The notes: a model not told the origin generated them from the sequence alone. DNA of 57,559 bases, filler included, from Sphacelaria rigidula (GCA_964200075.2; 6 parts of 6 records of this genome joined end to end with filler, not necessarily neighbours in it); one strand, 5' to 3'. Positions 1-12,855 are shown, counted from the first letter of the whole stretch. Numbers and translations are program-made.

Positions 1-447
1 ATACACTAAAACCAAACGTGGGCCGGTGAGTGGCCTGCAAAATACTGTTCCGAATTTCTACCGACCCGGTTTTTGATAGGCCCATGCTCTTTTAGACATT
101 TAGAGTTGGACGCTGAAATTTGGTACAGTATGGATAGTGCATAGGACATGAAAAAAAAATACTGGAGTACCAAAAGTTTTTTTTTTCATGAGTTAAGGGC
201 AATAATCGGTTTTCAGGTATCAGTAAAATGCCCCTAACTCATGAAGAAAAAAAGGGCAAACGTCACACTAGGGTATTATACCATGGTGCATTAGCGACAA
301 ACCTGGGCACCCTCTTTGTTTGGAGGAGAAATGAGAGCAGCTAATTGGCCAACGACCATTTTCACCCGGCGGCGGCGGTAGACGGCCACGGTATACCCTG
401 CTGTGACTTCTTTTCTCCCAATGGTACCCTTGTTTTTGGAAATCAGT

Positions 448-695
448 CTCTTCCATCGGCCATCTTCGACGCAACAATCGCTTTCCGCCCCCAGCAAAGG
501 GCCCCAAAATACAGATGTCACCGCTGCAAACAACCATGCAGCCCGTGCAGAATATCGTGACCACGGATCTTCCATCGGCCCCTTTGGCCGAAGGAATGAA
601 TCACTTCCCCCTCCCAGCAAAGGGCCCCATGATACAGATCCTACCGTTGCGAACAACCACGGCACCCCGCTCAATGCCGTTGGCACGGATCTTCC
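448..695. repeat. Two and a bit imperfect ~120-bp tandem units
   Basis: TCTTCCATCGGCC...CCCAGCAAAGGGCCCCA..ATACAGAT...AACAACCA occurs at ~448 and ~568, and a third GGATCTTCCA starts at ~687. Confidence 0.7.
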
Positions 696-1878
696 ACCCC
701 CCTCTCAATATACCACATATCACGCACTGCACCCGCTGCTTGCTGTACACAGCTTGCTGTACACAACACCGCCGTATGTAGTAAGGAGGAGTGATGTTCA
801 CGGGGCATTTACGGTATAGCGTCGTGTGTCGTGCTGCGATAGTACTACTACGTAGTTACTGCTGTACACGCTGCTATGTGGAGTATCATTAAGGAGTGAT
901 GTGTGTAAAACGCTTCGTTATACGTAGCTGTATATTTTTAGAGATGTATATAGACTGCAGTGCTTGCTGTGACAACAGCAGGTCTCTTTTTCTCTCTTTC
1001 AAGCAATCAGGCCTCAGATATCGTAGATATACATGGTCATTTGCACCCGAATTATTTTCGGGAAGGGATACAGCAGTAGTTACAATTGGCTACACGCACA
1101 AAGGGACATGCGTGCGTTGTTTGTCCGCGAGCCGTATGCAGGCGCACGACTCCAGGCGGAAGCACCCTGCCTTCTTCTGCATGATATTAGTACGTCTCCG
1201 TATATTGTTATTGATGTTTTCATTCTATGCCACCTCAATAATATTTTCGACGTATTTCGTACTCGACAACAATGTCAATCCCAGTCCTGCGAACCCAACA
1301 TGCTTTATGGTTCTGTCCAGAACCCACCGTACTTCTTGATTCTGTCCATAGGAAACTTGTAGCCACGAGAAAGATTCCTCGGGTTGTCGGAAACACCAAT
1401 GTCTGCAAGGCTTCTTGGTGTTACGGTCCTATGTGTAGCTCGGAGGTCTCTTTTTACTACTACTGATTGCTTAAAAGAGAGAAAAAGGGACCTGCTGTTG
1501 ACACAGCAAGCACTGCAGTCTATATACCTCGTTTTACACGCATCACTCCTTAATGATACTCTACATAGCAGCGTGTACAGCAGTAGTAGTACTATCGCAG
1601 CAGGACACACGACGCTATACCGTAAATGCCCTGTGGACATCACTCCTCCTTCCTACATACGGCGATGTTATGTACAGCAAGCAGCGGGTGCAGTATGTGA
1701 TATGTGGTGTATTGAGAGAGGGGTGGAAGATCCGTGCCAACGGCATTGGGCGGGGTGCCGCGGTTGTTCGCAACGGTAAGATCTGTATCTTGGGGCCCTT
1801 TGCTGGGAGGGGGAAGTGATTCCTTCGGCCAAAGTGGCAGATGGAAGATCCGTGGTCACGATATTCTGCACGGGCTGC
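538..1878. repeat. Long inverted repeat: arms ~538-1010 and ~1463-1878, spacer ~450 bp
   Basis: The arms are reverse complements with small indels, e.g. GCCCGTGCAGAATATCGTGACCACGGATCTTCCAT vs ATGGAAGATCCGTGGTCACGATATTCTGCACGGGC, and AAGCAATCAG vs CTGATTGCTT. Confidence 0.9.
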
Positions 1879-2544
1879 GTCTCGAATCACATGTATGTCC
1901 AATATATATTGTCATGCATTACTTCACGATCGTGACACGAGAATCTGCAGCTGCTTCCGTGATGTATCATTTCCTTGGGTGCAGAAGGTCTTCGTGAAAT
2001 ATCAGCTCAAGAGTCGTCGAACTGGGCCGTGCGTGCAACGTGTTGCGTGACGCTGCTGCTGCACCCATATAATTCATGTGATAGAGGACTCCAATTATGA
2101 AGGTCATGAGTTCGAATCCCGACATATTCTCTTTTTTTTCCGTGCGTCGTTAAGGCCATATATTATGCAGTACGTTTTTTTTCATTTTTTTTTCATTCAG
2201 CGGCGGTGCTGTGTGTTACTAGGTTGGTCTGCACTTCACAGTGATATGCTCACATCCGGTTCATTCGGGAAACTAGGAAAGTTGTAGTGTGAACGACGTT
2301 TGGCCGCTTTTAAGCTGGCCCAGCTCGTATCAGAAGGCATATATCCCGGGTCGCCTCTTCTGTCACCATATTTTCCGGCCGATCTATACATGTACCAAAC
2401 GCATTCGACAACTCTCCGTAGCAATGCACGCGAACTTCTGCGGCTTCTTTTCAAGCTTTTCCCAATCTGCACGGGCTCCGGCATCCACCGCGTCTGGGTC
2501 TTTCTCAAACCCTACGCCATACTTGAAATATCCAATACTTGCTA

Positions 2545-2750
2545 TATATTGACCGGCCAATACATTGGTACCCACGCGGCCCCAATATATTTTGACCGGT
2601 CAATATGTTCTCACCAATGCGGCCCTAATATATATTGATGGGACAGTATGTGTGCAATCCCACGGTACCAATATATCTTGGGCGGGCAATATGTATGCAG
2701 CCTCACGACATCAATATATATATATTGGGCGCGCAATACGTGTGCAGTCC
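2545..2750. repeat. Degenerate ~43-bp tandem repeat, about 5 units
   Basis: Recurring AATATAT(A)TTG..GG.CAATA(T/C)G motif. Confidence 0.55.
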
Positions 2751-2955
2751 AAGGATACCGCTACGTCTATTATGCCAGCAATATATCGCAAAATTTCAGT
2801 GTGATAGACTAGTATATATATTGAAAACATTTTGTGTGTGCGCAGTGTACCGTACTATATTTTTTGTACGTAGTATCTGTTTTCCCGTGATATCTTGAGG
2901 TTGGGTCAGGGTGGTTGTGTGTCTGTCTGTCTGTATGTATGTATGTATGTATGTA

Positions 2956-3338
2956 CTTCCTCTGTCCCATAAGGAAATGTACCTAAATTTGTACGGCCCC
3001 TTAACGATGTCCGATCTCTTTTTTTTTAATGAACTCTACGGTGTTTTTTGGGTTAAGAAAACGTTTTAAAAATTCGCACCTCGTGCTTGCACCATGCCGC
3101 CGAACGGCTGCAAAAAAAGTAGTCGGCCCAAAAATGGCCGTTTTTTGCCCCTTTCTCAGGGAAGAAAAAGCGTCGATTTTTTTTTGTTTTAATCGCCTCC
3201 GCCTTCACTGAAGCAAACTTGTATAACACGTTTTCTTGACCCAAAAACACCGTAGAGTTTATTAAAGAAATAAAAACGATCGGACATCGTTAAGGACCCG
3301 TACAAATTTAGGTACCTTTACTTATGGGACAGAGAAAG
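2956..3338. mobile_element. Stowaway-like (Tc1/mariner) MITE
   Basis: ~105-bp imperfect TIRs CTTCCTCTGTCCCATAA... / ...TTATGGGACAGAGAAAG, flanked by TA at 2954-2955 and 3339-3340; no coding capacity. Confidence 0.85.
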
Positions 3339-5338
3339 TATAAAACGGTGATTATAGGGTACGATGTAGCTGACGTCTTGATGAACACAATGCCATCGCT
3401 GAATTATACTACTGTACTGTAATATTGATTCCGAAGTCATGTCTTGATTATGAGATCATCGCCTGCGACACAGAAGTCTTTTGTTCAGACCACGGTCCAA
3501 TGGCGTATTTCTCCCCCTGAACCGTACATAGCTGGTGTGTGAACAGTTCGTACAAACAAGTGTCTTGGAATATGGAAGCTCATAGGCAACTGCCGTGGGC
3601 ACCTCCCTCGCCAAAGACAAGCACATGACCAAGTTGCAACTTCGATTAATTGTTGCACATTAACTGATCTCGGACAAACTCAGTCATGGTCATATCCAAG
3701 ATAGATGTGCCAAAGCGAACAAAATGGATCGCAGACCGACAACGGCGTCGAATAATCAGTCTCAAGTCTCGAACCATTCGGCGGCCCCTGAAACTAAGCT
3801 CGGCGGCAAGCGGCCGATCGCCTAAACATTTGTCAGCACTGCCCATCAACAAGAAGTGAACTTCGACGCGCCGCGCAGCCGCACCAATTGACATCCTTGC
3901 TGCACACTGCTTTACTCCGTGGAATATTCCATGCTCCAATGTCATTGCTAATAACGGGTCAACCCTCGTGCGAAACGAAACCTGAACAAAGTCGTACAAT
4001 AGCGAATTCGGTGCTCAAAATGAATTACTTCTCCCTTCCTACGGAGCCATCCGTCGGCTACCATGTAAAACAGTAAAAAAACTAATACTGCTAGCCGAGA
4101 ACAAGCCCATCGTTTGCATTATACTCTTTTTCATCGCACCCGTCTATACGGGTCGACACGTCGGCATCCTGTGCCAGTTCGACTTGTTCTGAAAGTATAT
4201 CAAGCCAAGTTGTTCTGGCTGTACCCGTTCGGTGCCCTTTGTTATACTCGAGGAACACGGCGGCCACTGTGCGTTTGGCAGACTTCGGCGTTTGGGATGG
4301 GATCTTGCTCGCATGTTGTGTGGTACACGGCATCGCATATTGAGGCGGAGATCACTTTTCCGAAAAATTATGTCCTCCTCTGAATTCTCGTCATCAAGGA
4401 GTTAACCCTTCGACTGCGAGCGTAGGCGATCTGTAAATGACAAGATAATGGGGAACGTATAAAAAAGTGCACGAATTGGATATTGTGCGTTGATCCTCAT
4501 TCATCGCCCTGCATGTATCACGATCGCACCCATTCCGCGGCGATATGTAAAAACTGAATGTTGCGATTGGCGGAATTTCTCGGTGATACCAAACTCCAAA
4601 CGACAGGCTGTTGGCATCGATTGCACTTACTGCCGACAAGCCACCTCGCTTCAGCGATGAGTCGGTGCTACAGTAGACGATGACCTTTAACGATCAGTCG
4701 GAGGTGAAGGTCGTAGCGGCGGCGAACAAAACCAGGGTGGCTGAGAGGACCCCGAGAAGTCCAGGCAACAGTGCACATGATGAAACAGATTTACAGCTCG
4801 ATGGCCACGGGGTATTATGTACTGTAAAAGGGTTTCAGCAGAAGTTGTCACCATGTCGACAATCGGGCCACACAATACAATCATCACCTGATAAAGACCC
4901 TCTGGGGCGAACTATCTGTCGAGAAATCACGCCATCGTGAGCTTCGCAATTCACGAATAGACGAAAGAAAATTCGGTCTAGAAATATCACACAAGGTATG
5001 GCTTCCGGGTGGTTTGTAAAACGACAGTCTTCATACACTGGCTCCTTGATTTTGACACCGTGCATTATGATGGGTTCCCAGCTTTGTCGAAACTGTATCA
5101 TCAGAAGATTCGTCGAGATTTTGCGTTGCTTTGGGTTTGCTGCATGAGAGATGGACTTTTATCACCCCCAGCAATTTTTGTGACGACGCACCTTGGCTTG
5201 CTCTCGAATCCCTATTTCCCCCCCCGCCCCCCAATACGAAACGTTTGCACACGCCGTAAGCATCACGTCCGCATCCTCTGCTCTGCACCTCTCGCCCTCA
5301 TTCCAGGACGTAGTACTCTGAACAGTCACGGCAAGAAC

Positions 5339-6187
5339 ATGACGAAGGGTGAGGAGACTCTGCCGTTGACCGGCGCCTCAAATACAGTCGGACACCGTGA
5401 CCAACGAATAATGCTGGGCATAACGGCAGCGGTTGCGTTGCTCACAGCCGTGTTCTGTCTTCCGCCGATAGTGCCCGCGTGGCACAAGAATGAATTTCAG
5501 CACACGGAAATCCAACAGCGAGCGTGGACGTGGTTCGGAGTAAACTCTCTGTGGTTTTCTTTGCCCCTGCTCTGGACAGTTTGTCACCCAGACAATGGTC
5601 CTGCGGCAGCGGCCGGGTGCTTGTTGTGCGCCATATTTTGGGCGTACCTGGACGTCGCTCTCATTACGCAATTTGCCAGAGGAATCCTTGAGTGGACCGT
5701 GGTTTTGGATTTCTTCATCCATGCTGTCCTGTGCGTGTTTTGCGCCCGGGCGGCGTGGGGCGGTGTAGCGTCTCCAGTTCATGCGTCGCGATCGGATGGC
5801 AGCAACACGAGTCGGAGGATGATCCGGAAGTGGATTCTTGTCGTGGCTAGCATTCAGTTATTTATGGCGTTCGTGGCGTGTTGGCCTTTGGGGGAGCTTG
5901 CTGTCACCCCGCCAAGGGCTGAAAGGGAAGCTGCTCCATGGGAGTGGAATTCGGCGGTTTTGTTCACGCTGATGCTGGCTGTACTATGGGCGGCCTTCCT
6001 CACGCGCGGCGGGTACGTGGATGAGACGAAGCGGGCGATGTGCGTGTTTTGCGCGATTGTTTTTGCTGGAGGGTTTGCCCTCTCGTCGTTCGATTGGCCG
6101 TATCTTGGGTTGATCGGACACAACGTCATTACATCCACTGTTCTCGCAGTAGATGCGTGCGTCTTTCTTGTTGCAGCGGTGATCTGA
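5339..6187 (+). CDS. Intronless ~282-aa multi-pass membrane protein of unknown function (about 8 TM helices, 4+4 internal repeat)
   Basis: Open frame 5009-6187; preferred ATG 5339 (MTKGEET...). Many 20-aa hydrophobic stretches, and the halves resemble each other (AWTW...LLW...CLLCAI vs PWEW...VLW...CVFCAI). Confidence 0.7.
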   Translation: MTKGEETLPLTGASNTVGHRDQRIMLGITAAVALLTAVFCLPPIVPAWHKNEFQHTEIQQRAWTWFGVNSLWFSLPLLWTVCHPDNGPAAAAGCLLCAIFWAYLDVALITQFARGILEWTVVLDFFIHAVLCVFCARAAWGGVASPVHASRSDGSNTSRRMIRKWILVVASIQLFMAFVACWPLGELAVTPPRAEREAAPWEWNSAVLFTLMLAVLWAAFLTRGGYVDETKRAMCVFCAIVFAGGFALSSFDWPYLGLIGHNVITSTVLAVDACVFLVAAVI

Positions 6188-7764
6188 GAACAGAATTTCG
6201 ACGAGGAGATTTTATGTCGCCGTACCTGAAGCGGGTCGTGTGCTCTTCTCCTAAGTGGAGCTACTGAGCTGCACAATCTTCCGTGAAATTTTCGCAGGTG
6301 CGATGGTGTCGCACGATGTGCTTGCACACACCATTCTGTATACTCTCCGCCTTGTTTCTCGTGATGTAGCTGTGAATTGCTACTGTGTATGCGGTAAAGG
6401 AGGGACGTTGCCCTCTCCGAATTGTATCCGGGTATCCGGCGCACGGCAATGACTGGGGATCGTGGGCAGGGAGCTTTGCCCAAGATGTTTCAGCCTGAAA
6501 TTCACTCGAACAGATCGCCTCCAGTGTTCACATGAGGGTGCTTGTTAGCTACTGTCTCCCTTCGAATGGCGTCCCTGTAACTCTTGTTCAAGACTGGGGT
6601 GGATATTTTCATTGATTTTTTTGTGTAAGTCTCGGCAGTACTTTACATACATTTGTTTCTGCGGTATACCGGCCGGTGGAAATGATTCGGTGACTTGCGG
6701 ATAATTCCCTGGGGTCCGGTCTGTTGGTGGCAATTTATATATATATATAATAGTGTGGTTGGCTGTTACAAAAGCAGTCACTGTTTTGTCACCCGAACTG
6801 TAATTTTCGTACTGTCACCGAAACGGTAAGTGTTCGGGTTCAGGAGGTTGGTTATTTTAGTAGTAGCCGACACGGGCGAGTCCCTGATTACGATTGTTTT
6901 TCGAGAGATGGAAACGTGTCGGGGGAGACCGTAAAGTGGTTGCTGTACTCCGTGGTGAACTCGAAGGAATGAAGCCATCGAGAGAGAGTGTTGGATCCGT
7001 CACCTGCGGTTCGTTTGCAGCAGGTAAGTGGCACCTTCGCTTGTCGTGCTGCTGTGATGCATGTGGGGCATACGTCTACTGACTACAAGCCTCGGCACAC
7101 GATCCAATTGTCGCTAGGGAAACCGTGTGTGTTGTGTGTGTGTACCCATTCGTGGTGGTATTGTTGTACTATGTACGTGAGCTTAGGTTGAATTCATTCG
7201 TTGTTGTGGTCGTTTGGATTGTTGCTGTCGTCACTTTAGTCGGCTGTTCACGAGGCCTAAATGGGAAACTACTTGTGTTGGAGCCAGTTGGCACGTCCCA
7301 TATACGCCTGCATGTATGTATGGAGGAAACGTGTCTGCGGGGGCACGTCAGTACAGTATGTTTCCTTGACGGGCAACAATCCACGAGATTCATTCACTCC
7401 CTAGCTTGGCTCAATTTGTTTATTGAGGGGCTTCCCCTCATTGTCTGCTGAGTCCCTCCGAGTTACAGATTCTTGGCTCTGGATTATCGCTCCCAGAGCC
7501 TTTCTCCCTCTAGAGAGGTCAATTTTTGTGCGGAGGGAATTATGGGGTAAGCCAAATGGCTGCGTGTCTCAGTCGCTCAGAAAAGAGCAACAACCTCGAA
7601 GATTGCGTTTCTTGGCCAGGATCTACCCTTTCTGCTTGTTCGTGAGGTGCACTCGCTATTATGAGCAATATATCATAGGGACACACCCAAATCCTTGCGT
7701 AATATCCGGTATTTTACTGTTGTAAACACTGGATTTTACAGATTTCAATTTTTGGGGGGGAGGA

Positions 7765-8088
7765 GGACGAGCCTTGGGAATCTTCAGCACCGCAATATAT
7801 GCAATAAACAACGCAAATGCGCTCTTCGGCCGTGATGTGTGGCCTCGCTCATCCTAAAAAAAAGTCTGTCTGCGAATTTTAAATCCAGTGTTTATCCCGA
7901 ACAAATCTGACCATCAATATGTTCCTTCCCGTACAAGAGGTCGTTCCCAATTTTCAGAGTCCCAGGACTTTTCAAATTGCGAGTGGATTTTTTCTCAGGA
8001 TGGGTGAGGCCTCACAACACGGTCGGAGGGTGCATTTGCATTGTTTTCGAAAATATTTCGATATTATGAAGGTTTCCAAGGCTCATCC
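7765..8088. repeat. Old degenerate inverted repeat with ~100-bp arms (MITE-like remnant)
   Basis: GAGCCTTGGGAATCTTCA...GGCCTCGCTCATCCT vs AGGATGGGTGAGGCC...TGAAGGTTTCCAAGGCTC. Confidence 0.55.
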
Positions 8089-9511
8089 ATAAAACAAAAT
8101 CCATCTACAAATGTAAAATTCCGCTTGGTACACAACGCAAAAAAATGGTGTCTCTGAAAGCCTCGCGCTAGAGATTCGCGAAAAATAACTAAAGATTCGA
8201 GAAGAGGTGCAAATTAACCACTTCAGGCCACCACCAATGTTTTTTTTTTCACGGAGTGACAGGCTGGTGCCACTACTAGAGACGAAAAAGTGTCTCCAAT
8301 GATTTCTCGCTCGAGGCGTGAGGTTGGAGGGTACGATGTGACATTTTGAGGAGAGATGCCTATCAACCATTTCAAGAAAACCAACTCTTGTTCCTTCTTT
8401 CGAGTCGGGTCAACTTTGCAAATATCTCGAAGAAAATATCCACTCCTCTCTCAGGAATAAAGCAATGAAGACCCACTGGGGATGTCCTTGGAATTGTCTT
8501 TTCACACTTCTGCTCAATCAAGGTCCAGTTGACTGAACTTCCGCAAAACACTCCATCCTCGCCGGCAGAAGAAGAACTGACCACGAGTAGCGATAGGTTT
8601 TGAGTTCTCGATTTGTGGTTCATATGAACATTTTGCGGTCCCGTGAATCTTCAGAGAGGTCAGCTCCGGGATTTGGAGGATTTGAGGCAATGCGGCGCGT
8701 CTTTTGCTGGCATGTCGGCAAACTCATTTTCCTTTTTTTTTTTTCACGTACACCACATATTCATTCCACGACACCATATATCCGATGATGTGCTGCCCCT
8801 TCCACAGTTTGGAGTTCTTCACTCGCGATAACCAAGCGAGATATAATCCATTTTTTGTATCGAGCCGGGCGACTCGGGGCCATAAGGGGCCCACGTTTCG
8901 GCAGCTAAAATCCTCATTATGTCTTGGACGAAAACGAGAACACGGAAACCATTGCATACGAGGGCGTTCGTATGTGTGTGTGTATATATAGAGAGTGTAT
9001 ATATATACTTTGTTCTTGAGTTTGTTGCTCCCCTCAAAATTTGGGGTACTCAAAAATTCCAAGCAATACATTCAACAAGTTGTGGGTAACAACATTTTCG
9101 CCAGATTGAGTCTACCTTCGGGTTGAGATTGACGCTCTACAGCATTAAGGGACACGTTGTCTTTATGTGTTACTTCTAATGAATGAAACGCTGAGTGGGG
9201 AGAGGAATAATAGGGATTGATCCGCTTTGTTGAAGAAAAAAAAGGGGGAATAAACATAACAATCTCAAAATATACTTACACTAATAATGTGCTGGTGCAC
9301 GTTGGGGAGGGCATGGTACCAGATCGCACATAATGCCGCGCATTAAAAAATAACACAGGGTCCGGAAAAATGGGGTTGGGTTTTATTAGTGGGGCTCAAA
9401 CCCACCTTCCGAAAATTCACATTTTTCCCGTGTACAGTACAGTTTGTGACGCTAGCAGGTCTGCTAGTACTGCAGCGTCTAAATACTGTTGAGGGACTCC
9501 CCAGCTCTTCT

Positions 9512-9611
9512 NNNNNNNNNNNNNNNNNNNNNNNNNNNNNNNNNNNNNNNNNNNNTTAATTAATTAANNNNNNNNNNNNNNNNNNNNNNNNNNNNNNNNN
9601 NNNNNNNNNNN
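9512..9611. other. Artificial contig linker
   Basis: 100 nt of N containing TTAATTAATTAA (stops in all six frames). Confidence 0.99.
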
Positions 9612-10530
9612 GGACTGATTTTTTACCCGTCTTGGACAAACATTCTTGTTTGCCCAGAATGAAAATTGTGGCCACCGGAAAACGGGAAGGTGTGCTGGAA
9701 CCGCCTCAACCCGTAAAACGAGTCATTCCAAGGTGTCAAACGCCGCCTCGCTCTATCTTGGGGCGTAGAACGACGTAAAAGCTCCGAAAAGGCACTCTTC
9801 TAGATTTTTGTTCTTGTCTATCCTAACAAGCGGCCCAAGAGTCAGCTCTTTTAGAACCCACAGACGGTTTTTGTTTCCGTGAATCGGCATCATTCTTGGG
9901 TCGGAATGATGCCGAATCACGGAAACAACAATCGTCAGTGAGTTCCAAAAGGACCAAAAAGACGCGCTTGCATGTTTTCGCCTCAAGTGTTTACTTCTTG
10001 TCAGCGAAGCGTGGAGCATCGTCACTCCCTCTTGACGAACAGAAGTGCACGTTGCTTGGGTTATTTCTGCCTTCTCCTGCACGCCTACGTTTGCGGTCTG
10101 TTTCGAACGTCGCCCGCTAACCCTTCGCATCCTACCCTCCCACCCGCAGTACTGTACCGTCTGTACTGGCTCAAGCTGACGGGGCGTTTCCACCCACTCG
10201 CTCGTCCGACAGCGAACACCACGATGGGACAAGCCCCAAAGCCCGATTTGCCGGTCGGGTGTGCCAAACAAAACTGAGCCGCACAGCACAGTCTGCAGAC
10301 GTTGCGGGCTGGCACAGCCACTGCGCAGCACAGCACAGCGTTAGCTAACCGTATCCAGATGATTCCCCGAGATGCCGACTGAACGTCTGAGGAGCGCCTG
10401 GGGACAGGTCGGGTTATACTTTGACGTATAGCGTGCAGAAAGGCGCATTTTGTGATTCCCAGCGTCCCCCGAGTTTGTTCATGTGGCATTTCGTGCTTCA
10501 ATTTGCTCCAGCGTTTTTTTTGTGGGCATA

Positions 10531-10559
10531 AACCTTAACCCTAACCCTAAATCCCTAAC
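10531..10559 (+). repeat. Interstitial telomere-type repeat (CCCTAA)n
   Basis: AACCTTAACCCTAACCCTAAATCCCTAAC. Confidence 0.8.
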
Positions 10560-11108
10560 ACATAAGTGCATGCCTGGTGCACAACGAAATACGCTCTCCT
10601 AACTCTAAGAAATGCATTATCGGAACATAAAAAAAGCATTCCCGGAACATCAAAAGAAATTTCTTGGGAACAGAAAAATGAAACTAACATTAGGAAATAT
10701 AAAGCTTGTCATAACTATTTCCAGAACACTCGAATGCCTCCAGGGTTTCCACACGGGACCCCTATCCCCCGCAAGACGCCCACGGAAGGTTTCCACGATC
10801 GTGGTCCGCACACACCCCCCCACCCCTTTCACTCCTCTTCGCCTACCCATCAAAACCAACAAACCCTCGACAGTACGGACACTTCTTCTCGCGTTTCTCA
10901 TCCAGGTTTGCTCAGGTGAGTGCCAAGCATTGCACTATAGACTAATTCGAGGTCGGAGAACACGCTGGTGGCGTCCATTCCTCGCAGTTCGACGTGTACA
11001 GGGAGTTGTGTATCTATTAAATCAAAACTCTCGCAAAACCTTCTCTTTCCGTTCGAACACTATATTGCAAACATTCACTCACTTCATTGACGTCGTCACC
11101 GTCTCTCG

Positions 11109-11136
11109 TTAAGGTTAGGGTTAGGGTTAGGGTGAG
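11109..11136 (+). repeat. Interstitial telomere-type repeat (TTAGGG)3
   Basis: TTAAGGTTAGGGTTAGGGTTAGGGTGAG. Confidence 0.85.
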
Positions 11137-11579
11137 CCTCCTGTCGCACATTTAGGAGTCGACCACGTTCAGGAATTGTACCACGATGTCAATGTCGGAT
11201 TCGCCGAGTTACGGTTGGTACTGAAGAAGGTGGCGATCCCCGAAGCAGCAAATCACCCCGTAATACCCGCGTCATTGTTTAGACAGCGTTTCTACTTGAC
11301 CCTGTGAGCAGGGTCCTAGCCCAACTTTGTTATGTAAACATACATAGCTCACGATGGGACGTCTATGATATCAAACGTACATCACCCTATACCCTCAAAA
11401 CGTAGAAACCCTCCATCTCCTGCTGTTGTTCTGGTTGTCATCGCAGAAGATGTACGCACGTCAATCGTTATCCTAACCCGGATGCTGGAGACGTCGTCCC
11501 GGACGATGGCGTTTAAAAGACTGCCGGTGGTACGCCGCCCCCCCTGAAGCGAATTTGGACGGTTTTAGGGTTGGTGACA

Positions 11580-12460
11580 TGATATGTCACCAGATCCTAT
11601 CCTCAGACACTACCCAAACCTGACGTACTTCGCCGATTTTCACGAAACCAGGGCATTTACTGAAACCCACCTAAAACATGCTGAACACGATTCTTCTTTC
11701 TTTGTCCTCTTCTCAAGCATCCGTCGCGAAATGTGGTGAAACTCGGACACGCCGGGAGTTGTGACGCCCAACCCTAAGTTTTTGGGGTCATGCAGGCAGA
11801 CAACGTCACTCCTGGCACACGGAGTTTCCGAACTCAATCCCGAATACGCTGACGACAGATTGTGTTATGTTTCCATTTCATATGTCGCAACGTCGTCTCC
11901 TCAGCCCCTCCCCTAAGCTGCTGTACTTGATCAAGTGACGCGAAACCCGGGCATTTCCTGAAGCCCACCTCAACTTCGCCGAACACGAGTAGTCCTTCGC
12001 TTCCCTTTTCTCCGACAGTCGTCGCGACATGTGGTGGCTCCAAGTAGCGGGAGTTTGTCACGGACCGTTTCAAATTATTTTGGCCCTACTGGCAGACAAC
12101 TTCACGCCTGGCACGCGGATGTTCCTAAGTCAATCCCGTCCACGCTGACGACAACCAGTGTTATGTCGCCATCTTATGTATCGCAACGCTTGTCTCCCGA
12201 CACATAACCCTAACTCGACTTCGTAGGCCAAGTGCCGCAGAACCAGAGCCCATCCTGAAATCACGTCGAGTTCGCCGAACCCGAATCTTCCATCGCTTGC
12301 CTTTTTTGAAGCAGTCGTCGCAACATGTGGTGACTGTATAACGCGGGGGTTTGTGATGGACTGTTCAACGTAATTTTGGCCCTGCTGGCGGACGAACGTC
12401 ACTCGTAACCCTAACTTTTCGGAAGGCAATCCCGATCATGCTGACGTTTCCTGCGTTATA
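11580..12460. repeat. About three diverged 296-bp tandem repeats
   Basis: CAATCCCG....GCTGACG anchors at ~11834, ~12130 and ~12426 (period 296); GTCGCGA.ATGTGGTG and GCAGACAAC.TCAC also recur. Confidence 0.85.
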
Positions 12461-12644
12461 CTGCCGCCGAATATACGACCGAAAATCATACGAAATACTG
12501 GTCGTAGGCCGGCCGTGACCAGCGATAGAGAGACCGACACGTTACGTAACCCATGACATCGTTCTGGAATGGACAGGGAGGTACGCACCACGAATGTTGT
12601 AATTTATGTACCTGTACTCCTTCTCCTTCTCTCTCACCTTGCAG

Positions 12645-12855
12645 CTTCGCGTCACGCGGTAAGATGCACAACGAGAAGCACTACTCGAGCAGGACGGTCC
12701 GTAACAAAGTAAAGTCCGTGCTGTTGGACATGGCGGGCGCCATCACAACATGTGCGGACAAGATCGTAGAGACCGGGCTGGCGCGAAAGGACGTCACCGA
12801 CCTCGTCGAAGTGGCGAGAGACGCGTCCTGTACCCTACCGCCCGTCGACCCCTTG
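12645..12855 (+). CDS. Putative internal coding exon of an unassigned gene
   Basis: Polypyrimidine tract plus TGCAG acceptor, open frame FASRGKMHNEKHYSS...PPVDPL, donor TTG|GTGAGT; neighbouring exons not resolved. Confidence 0.4.

Noticed and set aside
2075-2140. tRNA gene (GAGTTCGAATCCC)
   Set aside because: Only a B-box/T-arm is present and no cloverleaf could be built; at most a SINE relic.
2545-2750. ~43-bp periodic repeats as a CRISPR array
   Set aside because: The units are degenerate along their whole length, with no constant repeat/unique spacer pattern and no cas genes; the context is eukaryotic.
3500-4340. Possible decayed minus-strand coding region
   Set aside because: It has stops, no recognisable motif and no consistent splice model.
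4402-4430. TTAA-CCCTT piggyBac-like end
   Set aside because: No convincing matching opposite terminus was found.
9556-9567. TTAATTAATTAA palindrome recurring every ~9.6 kb
   Set aside because: It is always embedded in N runs; it is an assembly linker, not biology.
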